NCBI GenBank assembly: GCA_963803705.1 | Contig: CAWDNU010000004.1 | Location: forward strand, 288,001 to 352,000 | Origin: an uncultured Pseudobdellovibrionaceae bacterium | GTDB lineage: Bacteria > Bdellovibrionota > Bdellovibrionia > Bdellovibrionales > UBA1609 | DNA: 64,000 nucleotides | Direction: 5' to 3' | Part shown: positions 1 to 9,048 of the stretch, piece after piece | How positions within the stretch are numbered: the first letter of the stretch is position 1 | How the letters are laid out: each line of letters opens with the position of its first letter | Translations under genes and position numbers: made by a program | Notes under the pieces: generated by a model | Told to the model about the DNA's origin: nothing | Databases searched by the model: none | Seen by the model: the letters and a program-made list of their open reading frames with translations, nothing else

Positions 1-785
1 ATAGTTTCACCGTTTGGCCTAACCCATCTAAATACAATATCTAAAAGATGATTGTCTCTTATCGTGGCATGCAGTAGGTCTTTCACCTGCGCCCTATCCT
101 CGAAGTGAACTAGCGTTAAAACTTCTTCAACCGTATTATTAAACTTAGAAGCATCTAGTCCTAACTCTAAAATTAGGGTGTCACTAAGAACAAGATGCTT
201 TTTTGCAATGTCTAGATCCCATAGGCCAATTTCACCAGCAGATAACGCGGTCTGAAGGCGTTTTTGACTTAGCTTTAAACCATCCTCTGCTAATACCCTT
301 GCGGTGATATCTTCAGCTAAACCAACCATACGTATAGCTTTGCCCGACCGATCAAAAACAGGTGAGCCCCAATCGTAAATCCACCGGACTTCGCCATCTG
401 GACGAAGTATGCGGTATCTTCCTTCAGTGCTTTGACCGGATTCGCGTTCACTGATCATACGAAGAACAGTAGGTCGATCTTCAGGCACAATATAATTTAT
501 GAAGTTCTTTGGATTTTCATAAAGATCTGTTAATGGTCGACCCCAGACTTCTTCAAAAGATGCACTAAAATAATGATTTTCCATGGGAGTAAGATCTAAG
601 ATGTGCAAGACTTGACCCTTCAAAGAGTTGGCAAACTGAAATAGGAAATCCTCGCTACCGTCTATATCCGTTTTCGTCTTGTTAAATGGCTTAGTCACTT
701 TACCAACTAACAAGCCAACCAGTTGGGAAAATGGCGAGGCAAATTCAAATGTCCTTAAGTGTTTCCTACTTTCAGCTTTCAACAT
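1..785 (-). CDS. PAS-domain sensor protein, N-terminal part (runs off window start; likely histidine kinase or diguanylate cyclase)
   Basis: Own translation from ATG at 785 (AAGGA upstream): MLKAESRKHL...SASFEEVWGRPLTDLYENP...VPEDR...RYRILRPDGEVRWIYDWGSPVFDRSGKAIRMVGLAEDITAR...IGLWDLD...HFEDR...FRWVRPNG, i.e. tandem PAS/PAC domains. Not in the ORF track because it is truncated. Confidence 0.85.
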   Translation of the reverse strand, partial: MLKAESRKHLRTFEFASPFSQLVGLLVGKVTKPFNKTKTDIDGSEDFLFQFANSLKGQVLHILDLTPMENHYFSASFEEVWGRPLTDLYENPKNFINYIVPEDRPTVLRMISERESGQSTEGRYRILRPDGEVRWIYDWGSPVFDRSGKAIRMVGLAEDITARVLAEDGLKLSQKRLQTALSAGEIGLWDLDIAKKHLVLSDTLILELGLDASKFNNTVEEVLTLVHFEDRAQVKDLLHATIRDNHLLDIVFRWVRPNGET

Positions 786-1106
786 CGCTACATTCCTTTA
801 ATTCGATAACCAGAAATTTAGGTGCTAAAAGAACTCATTGCAATAGATAAGTCATTTTTTGAAAAAGATTATAAACTATAAATCATCAATTTTGTAAGAT
901 GTATAGCTTTGGTGATTTGTACTAAGTGCACTGGTCAAATGAAACCTTAGCGGTTATTAAAAAACCTAAAAATAAACAGAAAAATTCTTGTTATACGTGG
1001 AGCTTCCAACCAAATTCCTGCTTCAATGACAAGTTACAGAACCGCCCCCAGAGCTCGCCTAACACCTTGTAGTGGCAGAAACATAGGGAATTGACTGTGC
1101 TATGTC

Positions 1107-1460
1107 TTAGGCAGATCCACTTACTACTCTTGCTACTGAATACTTACAAACATAGTCGTCCCTGATCAGCTCATTGACCTCGGACTTTTTAACCTTCCAC
1201 TTCATTTCCCTAAGGGTACCGTCTGTGTTCTTAATTTTGTAATCAGTGACATTGCCAGCAGCGAAAACCTTACCGTCCTTTTTAAGTAACCATTCGAATG
1301 AGTAATGACAATTTCCTTTCGCGTCCTCACCAACAAAGTTGATGTGAATTTGATCTTCAGGCGGTAAGCTCTCAGCTAATTTATCTTTGGCCTTTAAGTA
1401 AATCTGATTGCGGATGGCACTTATAAAATAAGTTTGGTCACCTTCGTTTTTGTCATCCAT
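1107..1460 (-). CDS. hypothetical protein
   Basis: ORF 1107..1481. The ATG at 1460 overlaps the upstream ORF stop (ATGGATGA), suggesting translational coupling. Confidence 0.6.
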   Translation of the reverse strand: MDDKNEGDQTYFISAIRNQIYLKAKDKLAESLPPEDQIHINFVGEDAKGNCHYSFEWLLKKDGKVFAAGNVTDYKIKNTDGTLREMKWKVKKSEVNELIRDDYVCKYSVARVVSGSA

Positions 1461-1707
1461 TATTTTCCCCGCTTTCTTCAACCTGATGCTGATCTAAAAG
1501 CTTTAATGCCTCTTCGCATCCGGGGATATCGATACTTGCAGCTAGAAGCGCTTTATACTCTCTGATCGCATTCAAGTCGGCACCATGCACTTCATAAAAC
1601 GCAAGATTGGCTTGCTTTGGCTCACCGCCCTTGGCTAGGTGTTGGCTTATCACTTCATTAGGTGCAGGTTCTCTTTCAAACCATTTAGTTAATTCGCTGA
1701 TACTCAT
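1453..1707 (-). CDS. hypothetical protein (84 aa)
   Basis: ATG with AGAGGA RBS upstream; overlaps the next ORF. Confidence 0.65.
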   Translation of the reverse strand: MSISELTKWFEREPAPNEVISQHLAKGGEPKQANLAFYEVHGADLNAIREYKALLAASIDIPGCEEALKLLDQHQVEESGENNG

Positions 1708-2001
1708 TTGTTCCTCTAATGCTAGTTGTTTGAATGCTAAGCCTAATATAGCGGTGAATCCAATCAGTTGGAAGTGCTTCCTAACTGCATTAGAATCTTG
1801 TATCTATACACCCCGCTTTTAAAAAAGTAATTTTTGACAGCTCTATAAGAGCAGGCGTTGCTACAGTCTTTTAGATTTTCGTCACGACCATATTCTATGA
1901 GCTGACTTATGCCTGGTACTAAAACTGAATAAGAATCCACTAAATTTTTTAAGGACAAAGATTCTGAATTAACAATGCAGATAATGCATACATGACGTTT
2001 A

Positions 2002-2664
2002 TTAAAGGAATGAAGAGCATCTAAATTTTGATCCAAATTTTGAAGAATTTTCTGATCGAAATTTAAAAAAAGCAGAGGCGTTAGCTGGATTTTCTGTGAT
2101 AGAAATTTCATGCATATACAGATCTGATATATACCGGAATCCATTTTCTTTATAGCCGTTCTTAATGTTGTAGCCCACCGACAGTCCACCGAAATTTTCT
2201 AATAGATCAAGGGCCTCGTCAATTTTGACCACTAAGTTATGGTTCCAAAATTCAATAACTGATATAAGCTGTTTCCTTTCTATTAATCTTTTTACTCTTA
2301 GCTTAGCTAACCAACGTTGGGTGGCAGGGCTATTTAAGTCGATATAACCCTCTACATAAAGTCCTTCTTCTGTTTCTTTAAAATTTGTCCACACGCCGAT
2401 GTAATAGTTGAAGTCGTGTTCGGGTTGCATTTTAATGGTTTTACCACTTACTCTTTCCCCGGCGTAAAAAGACCTTATGTCTTCAAAAAAAGCTCCTGGT
2501 AGGATTATGTCATTATATTTATCAAGTTCACCGAAAACACTTGCAAGGCCATATATATAAATTCTATTCAACGACCGTTCTTCGGCTTTCACCGACATTT
2601 TTGCAACAAGTAGCGTTCCGACACCGAACGCAATTATAAAGATTGCTTTGATTTTTTTTCTCAC
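2002..2664 (-). CDS. HK97-family phage/GTA prohead protease homologue with N-terminal signal peptide
   Basis: Motifs IYGLASVFGELDKYNDIILPGAF, EHD..IGVW, EEGLYVEG, GLSVGY, LHEIS-like MHEISITENPAN. N-terminus MRKKIKAIFIIAFGVGTLLVAKMSVKA is basic-hydrophobic-VKA. Confidence 0.85.
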   Translation of the reverse strand: MRKKIKAIFIIAFGVGTLLVAKMSVKAEERSLNRIYIYGLASVFGELDKYNDIILPGAFFEDIRSFYAGERVSGKTIKMQPEHDFNYYIGVWTNFKETEEGLYVEGYIDLNSPATQRWLAKLRVKRLIERKQLISVIEFWNHNLVVKIDEALDLLENFGGLSVGYNIKNGYKENGFRYISDLYMHEISITENPANASAFFKFRSENSSKFGSKFRCSSFL

Positions 2665-2676
2665 CCAATAGATTTA

Positions 2677-2691
2677 GCAATTTGTGAGCCA
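2677..2691 (-). promoter_or_regulatory. sigma54 (-24/-12) promoter of the prohead protease gene
   Basis: Minus strand TGGC-TCACAAA-TTGC, 12 nt before the GTG start. Confidence 0.7.
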
Positions 2692-2905
2692 GTTTATCGT
2701 CTTTTAGAAGCCCCATCCTACCATTATGCGCAATTAACATCCTTTAACTGTTTTGGACATAAGGTTGGGTGACAGTTTTTGATCTAAAATCTATCTTTCT
2801 GGATTTCAAAATCTGGGATTAGGCTCACCTTGAGATCTAAAATCTACTCCCAAGATATTAGAACCCATTTGTTGATAATTTCGATCTAATAGCTGAAGAT
2901 TAGAC

Positions 2906-3763
2906 ATGTCCAATTTACCAATTGATGCACCTTCGAATTCAGACATTGTTGCAAGGCCTTTGAAAGGCCATAGGCGATTCTTGTATATAATTATTTTCGA
3001 GGCCGAGACACCCCTGGGAAGGATGTTCGATGTGGCATTATTGTGGGCCATTTCAATCAGTGTCTTGGCGGTAATATTAGAAAGCGAACCTGCTATAACT
3101 GATTACTTTGGAAATGGGCTTTTTTACTTAGAATGGTTTTTGACAATTGTTTTTACAATTGAATATTTTTTAAGGCTATATGTTTCTAAGAAACCTTGGA
3201 CCTATATGACAAGCTTTTTTGGCTTAGTGGACCTACTAGCAACTTTACCCACTTATTTAAGCCTATTCTTACCAGGTACTCAGTTTTTAATGGTCGTCAG
3301 GGTGTTGCGACTATTAAGAGTATTTAGGGTGTTGAAGTTAGTAAGGTTTATCACTGCAGCAAGTGTTCTTGGGAATGCTTTAAAGCAAAGCCGTCACAAA
3401 ATTTATATTTTTCTTGGAGTTATAATTTCTATAGTCCTAATTTTAGGAACTTGCATGTACATCGTTGAAGGCGAACACAGTGGCTTTGCAAGCATCCCCC
3501 AAAGCATGTATTGGACCATCGTTACAATGACCACTGTAGGTTACGGCGATATCGTCCCTGTTACAACTTTGGGTAAATTTGTCGCTTCAGTCATGATGTT
3601 AATAGGCTATGCAATAATTGCTGTTCCCACTGGAATTGTGTCTGCCGAACTATCAGAATCCTACCGGCATGGTCCAAAGACAATACCTTGTAAAAGATGC
3701 CATGAATCTTTAAATAGCAATCATAATTACTGTTTTAAGTGTGGACAAAAAACAAATGAATAG
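2906..3763 (+). CDS. voltage-gated-type potassium channel (ion transporter)
   Basis: S4-like RVLRLLRVFRVLKLVR, selectivity filter TTVGYGD, C-terminal CxxC..CxxC zinc ribbon. Confidence 0.92.
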   Translation: MSNLPIDAPSNSDIVARPLKGHRRFLYIIIFEAETPLGRMFDVALLWAISISVLAVILESEPAITDYFGNGLFYLEWFLTIVFTIEYFLRLYVSKKPWTYMTSFFGLVDLLATLPTYLSLFLPGTQFLMVVRVLRLLRVFRVLKLVRFITAASVLGNALKQSRHKIYIFLGVIISIVLILGTCMYIVEGEHSGFASIPQSMYWTIVTMTTVGYGDIVPVTTLGKFVASVMMLIGYAIIAVPTGIVSAELSESYRHGPKTIPCKRCHESLNSNHNYCFKCGQKTNE

Positions 3764-3774
3764 GCTGGTAATTA

Positions 3775-4875
3775 ATGTTTGATACACAAAAAAAGTTTTT
3801 TATATCCAAATATAAAGAAAATGAAACGCTCTTTAATATTTTATTTTTTATAGGTGGCGTTTTATTTGATATATTTACACTTGATGACATAGATAGCTTT
3901 TTTAGTATAGGTCAGCAGCTATTTTATTTAATTTTAATTGGAATTATTATTTATTTTGATTTAATTCACTACTACACACCATTAAAAATCAGGAAAGGAT
4001 TTAACAAAATTTGGGAGTACCGAGAATTAATTCTACATTTTATGTTAGGCGGTCTGTTGAGTGTTTACTCTTTGTTTTTTATCAAAAGTGCATCTTTATT
4101 TTCCTCTTTTGGCTTCATATCCTTTATGATTTTCATTTTGGTGGCAAATGAACTTCAAATTGTACAAAAGCAAAAAATAAGTTTGAAAATAGGCCTTTAT
4201 TTTATTTGTGTATTTTCTTTTTTTTCTATGATTTTTCCCGTAGTTTTAGGCCATGTCGGAAAACTTCCATTTGGACTTTCCTTAGGATCTACGGCGCTCA
4301 GCGTGTGGTTTTTCTACCGACTTGTATTTAAGAAAATTGTGAACAAAAATTCGCTTAGAAAAGCACTTTTTTTGCCCTCTGGTGCAATTTTAAGTATTTT
4401 CCTTGTTTTTTATTACCTTGGTTGGATTCCGCCTGTTCCTCTGTCGGTGAAAGAGATAGGTGTTTACCACAATATCGAAAAAAACGATCAAGGTGAGTAC
4501 GTTCTATTTTTTGAAAGATCTACCTGGAAATTTTGGATGGCCGGAGATGAAAACTTTAAAGCTGGAGTGGATGACAAAGTTTACATATTTGCACGTATTT
4601 TTTCACCTGCCAGGTTTGACGACACTTTATATTTAAACTGGCAACTTTATCAAAACGAAAAAGGCTGGGTGTCCACTGACAGAATTCCTATCCGAATCTA
4701 CGGTGGACGAAAAGAAGGGTTTAGAGGAATCGCCTACAAAGAAAACTACTCTGACGGACAGTGGCGTGTGCTAGTAGAAACCAACGACCAAAGAGAAGTT
4801 GGAAGGCTCAGCTTTAATATAACGTCTAAAGAACCTGATGCTGCACCAAGCTTGCTCAACAGCATAATTAGGTGA
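3775..4875 (+). CDS. membrane protein with C-terminal DUF2914-like domain
   Basis: About 7 TM helices then IPPVPLS...GGRKEGFRG..YK....GQWRVLVET, typical of this family. Confidence 0.7.
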   Translation: MFDTQKKFFISKYKENETLFNILFFIGGVLFDIFTLDDIDSFFSIGQQLFYLILIGIIIYFDLIHYYTPLKIRKGFNKIWEYRELILHFMLGGLLSVYSLFFIKSASLFSSFGFISFMIFILVANELQIVQKQKISLKIGLYFICVFSFFSMIFPVVLGHVGKLPFGLSLGSTALSVWFFYRLVFKKIVNKNSLRKALFLPSGAILSIFLVFYYLGWIPPVPLSVKEIGVYHNIEKNDQGEYVLFFERSTWKFWMAGDENFKAGVDDKVYIFARIFSPARFDDTLYLNWQLYQNEKGWVSTDRIPIRIYGGRKEGFRGIAYKENYSDGQWRVLVETNDQREVGRLSFNITSKEPDAAPSLLNSIIR

Positions 4876-4910
4876 TTGAATTTGGTTTGTACTGATTGGG
4901 GGGCCAAATC

Positions 4911-5531
4911 ATGAAAAAATTTCCGTTATTTATTTATACTCTATTAGCATTTAGTTCGTTTAGCTTAGCTACAGAATTTCTTTACCCAAACAGTTATACT
5001 ATTTCTTGTGACATGGCCCAGACAAAGTCCGGAAGCAATCCCGCCGATGTAGACTTTTCCGAAATAATTTTTCTAGAGAATTCAAAGACAGTTGATTTTG
5101 GTTTTGTAGATCTAAGTTTTAATCAACTGCCGCTTACACCCATCAACAAACTTCAGAAAGGTTCTAAAAATGAATCTATTTTATTCAGTCCGAAAGTAGC
5201 ACTCTTTAAAAAGCTTGCTCCATCATTGTTATTTAAATTCTACGTTACAGTTGATTGGAATAATTTTACGACTAGTACTAAAGTAAAACACCTTGGTAGT
5301 GTTCCAAATTCCCTAACTGAATACGAAATATATCATGGTTCTAAGAGCAAAATCCCATTTAAGAAGGGCACTTTAGTTAAAGGCCAATTAAACATGGCTT
5401 TGGATGATACAAAACACACTAACGACCAACTAAGAGTCCTGTATTTGTGGCATGCAGACGAAGCTCGAATCGGTTGGGACACTTCAAATAAAGTACAATA
5501 CGTACTTAGTTGCTCTTTAAATGGACGATAG
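4911..5531 (+). CDS. hypothetical secreted protein
   Basis: ATG 4911 after GGGGG; signal peptide MKKFPLFIYTLLAFSSFSLA. Confidence 0.7.
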   Translation: MKKFPLFIYTLLAFSSFSLATEFLYPNSYTISCDMAQTKSGSNPADVDFSEIIFLENSKTVDFGFVDLSFNQLPLTPINKLQKGSKNESILFSPKVALFKKLAPSLLFKFYVTVDWNNFTTSTKVKHLGSVPNSLTEYEIYHGSKSKIPFKKGTLVKGQLNMALDDTKHTNDQLRVLYLWHADEARIGWDTSNKVQYVLSCSLNGR

Positions 5532-5716
5532 AATCGGCTATTTGGGATTTTGATTTTTTCCACACATTGTCAGCCTTTCTTACAAGGTCAAAATGAGTGC
5601 CCGTCAGAACTAAACTTTAAATTACTTTTTACTCCCTTACTTATATTCTTTTATTATATGTGAAGCAGTCTACAGCATCATTTTAGAGCATCCATCCTAC
5701 GAATTGAAAAAAAAAA

Positions 5717-6688
5717 TTAAATTGTGAGGTTGCAGACCATGGGCTCTTCAGGATTGGGCTGTGTGATCGGGGGGTCTGGGGCCGGGGCTGGCACAGAGCC
5801 TGGTGGACCATATAGGGCCGATAGGATTTCAGCGTCCCCTAGGCTTATGCTTCTATTAAAAGGTATTAAACAGTCATTTGGGAAGCCAGTTCTGACTATT
5901 TGGTCACAGGACGGACTTCTTTTAACTAATGCTGGATAGGCTTTGCCTATAGCAAAGGCGTCAGATCTATAAATCATAATAGAGTCAAAATCGAAATCTG
6001 TGATAGTTCCACCTGCCGAAACTAAGGTAAAATTGCTAAGTCGACCTGCTTGGACATTTTCTTCAATAACGCGGACAAAATTGCCCCTATCTGGATGCTG
6101 CTGTTCATGCTTTACCCCTAGGTTATGCATCAGCTCGTGAATAATAATTGCTTCTTGATTACATCTTCCTTCTAAATTTATAACTCCATTTACAGTACGC
6201 CCCACCGACGCGAAACAGCCTGTACCTGATGTGGTCGCCCTTACATAGTAAGCTTCATCAGTATGTTCTACACAACTTACATTTGAAACTGCAGATATTT
6301 TTTCACAAGCTGCAAAGATTTTTGCTTTTAAATCCATATTCACATCACTTTCAAAGATGATTGGTAAAACTCCGTTGTTCCACAAAGATAAAAAAGGAGA
6401 TGTCGTCCCAAAGCCCTGGTTCTTTAAATTATTAAAGTTGCTATACCTTGAGGACCAGTGCTTCACCAAATCTAAGTAAGAATAAACTTCGTGGACCGGA
6501 AGGATCATATCCCCAATCAGCACTTCACTATCATCTAGCTGTTCTAAAATAGAGTTTTGATCACAAGAGTTCACAGAGCTTTGGCTGCTGGTAATTCCAT
6601 TACAAGCAGTCAAACCAAGGGTTACAGCACCAAAAATTAAGGTGACGAATGCTTTACATTTTCGGTTTAAGTGGTGCTTTGACATCAT
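5717..6688 (-). CDS. astacin-like (M12A) zinc metalloprotease, probable lipoprotein
   Basis: HELMHNLGVKHEQQHPDR zinc motif, GCFASVG, DFDSIMIY Met-turn, lipobox LTAC, Pro-rich tail. Confidence 0.88.
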   Translation of the reverse strand: MMSKHHLNRKCKAFVTLIFGAVTLGLTACNGITSSQSSVNSCDQNSILEQLDDSEVLIGDMILPVHEVYSYLDLVKHWSSRYSNFNNLKNQGFGTTSPFLSLWNNGVLPIIFESDVNMDLKAKIFAACEKISAVSNVSCVEHTDEAYYVRATTSGTGCFASVGRTVNGVINLEGRCNQEAIIIHELMHNLGVKHEQQHPDRGNFVRVIEENVQAGRLSNFTLVSAGGTITDFDFDSIMIYRSDAFAIGKAYPALVKRSPSCDQIVRTGFPNDCLIPFNRSISLGDAEILSALYGPPGSVPAPAPDPPITQPNPEEPMVCNLTI

Positions 6689-6693
6689 AGGGC

Positions 6694-6720
6694 TTATCGG
6701 ATTTCACCGCCAGGTGTTGT
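6694..6720 (-). promoter_or_regulatory. sigma28 (FliA)-like promoter of the astacin gene
   Basis: Minus strand ACAA-N15-TCCGATAA, 5 nt before ATG. Confidence 0.5.
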
Positions 6721-7098
6721 AAATAAATAGTATGATATGTCTCATTTTGAAGCTTTTAAAAATCTTTGAAACAAGTTTTGCAACACTTAAAACTAAAGAA
6801 CTTTTAAATTTTCAAGTCTGTTAAGTAGCTCCACATTACATCTTCAGATCTATGGTTTAAACTCTTGCAAGAGCGCACCCCATCACCCATAAATAATAAG
6901 TCACCTAATTAAGGCCCAAAAGGTCACTTTGCGCCTATTGATTTGAAAAAAATTTACACTTAGTAAGTTTTTTTATTAAAAAATTTATGTGAACTCCTAA
7001 CTTTACCAAGCCGATGAAACGCACTAAAGCCAACTATATCAAACACATATAAAATTCAAATTTTTTTTTAAGCTTACTTTGTGATTTATAAGTGATGG

Positions 7099-7113
7099 TG
7101 GCGCCCCCTTTGC
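7099..7113 (+). promoter_or_regulatory. sigma54 promoter
   Basis: TGGC-GCCCCCT-TTGC upstream of the 7158 gene. Confidence 0.55.
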
Positions 7114-7157
7114 TGGGATTGTGTGGTGTTTAATTGAACAAAGAACTTGGAGTCATC

Positions 7158-7529
7158 ATGAACTTGTTATTTAAAAAAACTTTGGAAATAAACCTTGCTG
7201 TTATTATGTTGTTATTTTGCAAGCTGTCCTTTGCAGGTGTGGTTAGCAAATCCTGCCGATCAGAAATTAAAGATGACAACTTAGTTGCATCAGTTCGGCA
7301 ATTTACTGCAGCGCAACCTGTAAGCTTAAACTTAGATGATGTTAGTTTTATGAAGGGTCGGAATTTAATCCAGAAAACTAGCCAAGTCAGAACCAAACAG
7401 AAAAAGTACGAAGTCTACTTCTTGAATGCTTTAGCAGGTCAAAATTTGGCTTCGAATGAATCCTTCGTTATGCAGTTGACCCTAGATGTAGAAGATTGCT
7501 CGATCTACGATTTAGTCTTATTTCAATAG
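7158..7529 (+). CDS. hypothetical secreted protein
   Basis: ATG 7158 after GGAG; hydrophobic signal ending SFA; two Cys in the mature part. Confidence 0.65.
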   Translation: MNLLFKKTLEINLAVIMLLFCKLSFAGVVSKSCRSEIKDDNLVASVRQFTAAQPVSLNLDDVSFMKGRNLIQKTSQVRTKQKKYEVYFLNALAGQNLASNESFVMQLTLDVEDCSIYDLVLFQ

Positions 7530-7857
7530 AACCGGCTAAGCCGCTAAACTAATTTTATATGCAGTTCAAGTGCGGGGCTTATTGCTGATATTTTCCCAGG
7601 GCAAATTGACCTAATTAGTCCCAAGTGATTCTGACAGTCTATCGGAATCATAAGCATATTATTTTAGTACCAGATAAGAAATCTAAGGGCCCTACTTAAA
7701 AAGCTAACTTTTGTGAGTGATATTTAACAGCCATAAAAACAATTGCTTGGCCAGTTCTAATACGCTTAAGTGTTAAATAATACATCAATGGCATTAAATT
7801 TTTGAGCATAGCATTTGCAGAGTATGGAGAGCGTCAATTTTAAACAGGAGAAAATTT

Positions 7858-8574
7858 ATGGTCAGAAAACACTGGTTAGCCCTTTTTATAGTATTTCCGT
7901 TAGCGCATATTAACGCGCAAACGGTAGAAAATAACTTAACTGAAGATACGAAGAATGTTCCAAGATATTATTTTCAAAGCCCTAGGTACTCTGCGAAATT
8001 GGAATTTTCTTATGGCGGAATTGATCAAATAGACGCTATGAGCAAAACGAAAGTTGCCGATGGATCTCTTCAAATTCAATGGCCTATTAAGTTAAAAAGT
8101 AAAAAAACAATGCAAGAGCTTGCTACTAGCTCAGGAACTCCTGGAATGTTCATTGCTAAAAGAAAAGCGAGGTTTGCTCATAATTTTTATGGAGCTCATA
8201 TGGGCGCATTCTTACAACACTTGATTCCATCTAGTATTAATGATGACTTACTAATTGCATATCCATTCGAACCTTTTTGCTATCTTCACTATCTGTTTGT
8301 AGAAGATTTCAAGCCTACAACCACTAATGAAAATGGAGTACATGAAATGCTAGTACTTGATAAAGGAGATAGAGTGCATACGGGTCGCTTAGATGCGTGG
8401 AGAGTAGCTGATGAAAATGGTGACTTTGAGACACTCGTTATAGAGTCTAAGCCTGTTCTTGGTCTTCCGATGTTCTGCTTTTCCCCGGCAGACGGTCCTA
8501 TGTCAAAAGAAGATGTAATAAAGCGATTTAATCAAACTATGGATGGATATATTAGGTTTAAAACCCAAGAATAG
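7858..8574 (+). CDS. hypothetical secreted protein
   Basis: AGGAG RBS; signal peptide MVRKHWLALFIVFPLAHINA. Confidence 0.75.
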   Translation: MVRKHWLALFIVFPLAHINAQTVENNLTEDTKNVPRYYFQSPRYSAKLEFSYGGIDQIDAMSKTKVADGSLQIQWPIKLKSKKTMQELATSSGTPGMFIAKRKARFAHNFYGAHMGAFLQHLIPSSINDDLLIAYPFEPFCYLHYLFVEDFKPTTTNENGVHEMLVLDKGDRVHTGRLDAWRVADENGDFETLVIESKPVLGLPMFCFSPADGPMSKEDVIKRFNQTMDGYIRFKTQE

Positions 8575-8610
8575 AAAACACTAGTCATAAGTTCAAAAAT
8601 TTTTAGTTCT

Positions 8611-8645
8611 AATAGGCCTTGTTGAGCGTAACAATGCCTATTTGA
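8611..8645 (+). terminator. possible intrinsic terminator hairpin
   Basis: AATAGGCcTTGTT-gagcgt-AACAAtGCCTATT shortly after the 8574 stop; weak U-tract. Confidence 0.35.
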
Positions 8646-9021
8646 TATTTAAAAGCCGCTCGATTAAGCTCTTTTTGATCTAAGTATTTGAAGCTTCTAG
8701 TTTCACGCAGTGATTTTTGAGCCTTAGTAAACCTGAAATGCTTAGTATATTTATTTGCAGAGTAGTTTTGAAGCCAACCTAATTATTAAACATAATTTCA
8801 AGCTTTTATTTGTAAATGGAGTTACTCATTTTCATCTGCGGTAAAATACCTAGCGCTACTATCACTAAACCACTTATAGTGACTGCCCATCCATTTGAAA
8901 TAGCAAGCCTTTCTGGCTCACGTAGACTCACGTAGTAAGTAAACGGGGCCCAATGCTGGCTCCAACGTTAAAAATTTAGACACTTTTATTTAGGCCTTTT
9001 GAGCGATATTTCCTTTCAAGA

Positions 9022-9036
9022 TGGCATAAACCTTGA
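9022..9036 (+). promoter_or_regulatory. sigma54-like promoter (GA at -12)
   Basis: TGGC-ATAAACC-TTGA, 12 nt before ATG 9049. Confidence 0.5.
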
Positions 9037-9048
9037 TACCTGGATGGT

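Noticed and set aside
1607..2189. ORFs 1607..1822 (+) and 1764..2189 (-)
   Set aside because: Shadow or alternate-frame ORFs overlapping better-supported genes; no motifs or RBS.
1000..2900. Prophage around the prohead protease
   Set aside because: No portal, capsid, terminase, tail or integrase genes recognisable nearby.
5556..5564. Isolated DnaA-box-like TTTTCCACA (also TTGTCCACA at 49040-49048)
   Set aside because: Single one-mismatch 9-mers are expected by chance in 64 kb of AT-rich DNA.
7626..7650. Hairpin TGATTCTGA-N7-TCGGAATCA
   Set aside because: Short, no U-tract, single copy; function cannot be supported.
8917..8935. CTCACGTAG direct repeat x2
   Set aside because: Too short, two copies only, no spacer structure; not CRISPR-like.
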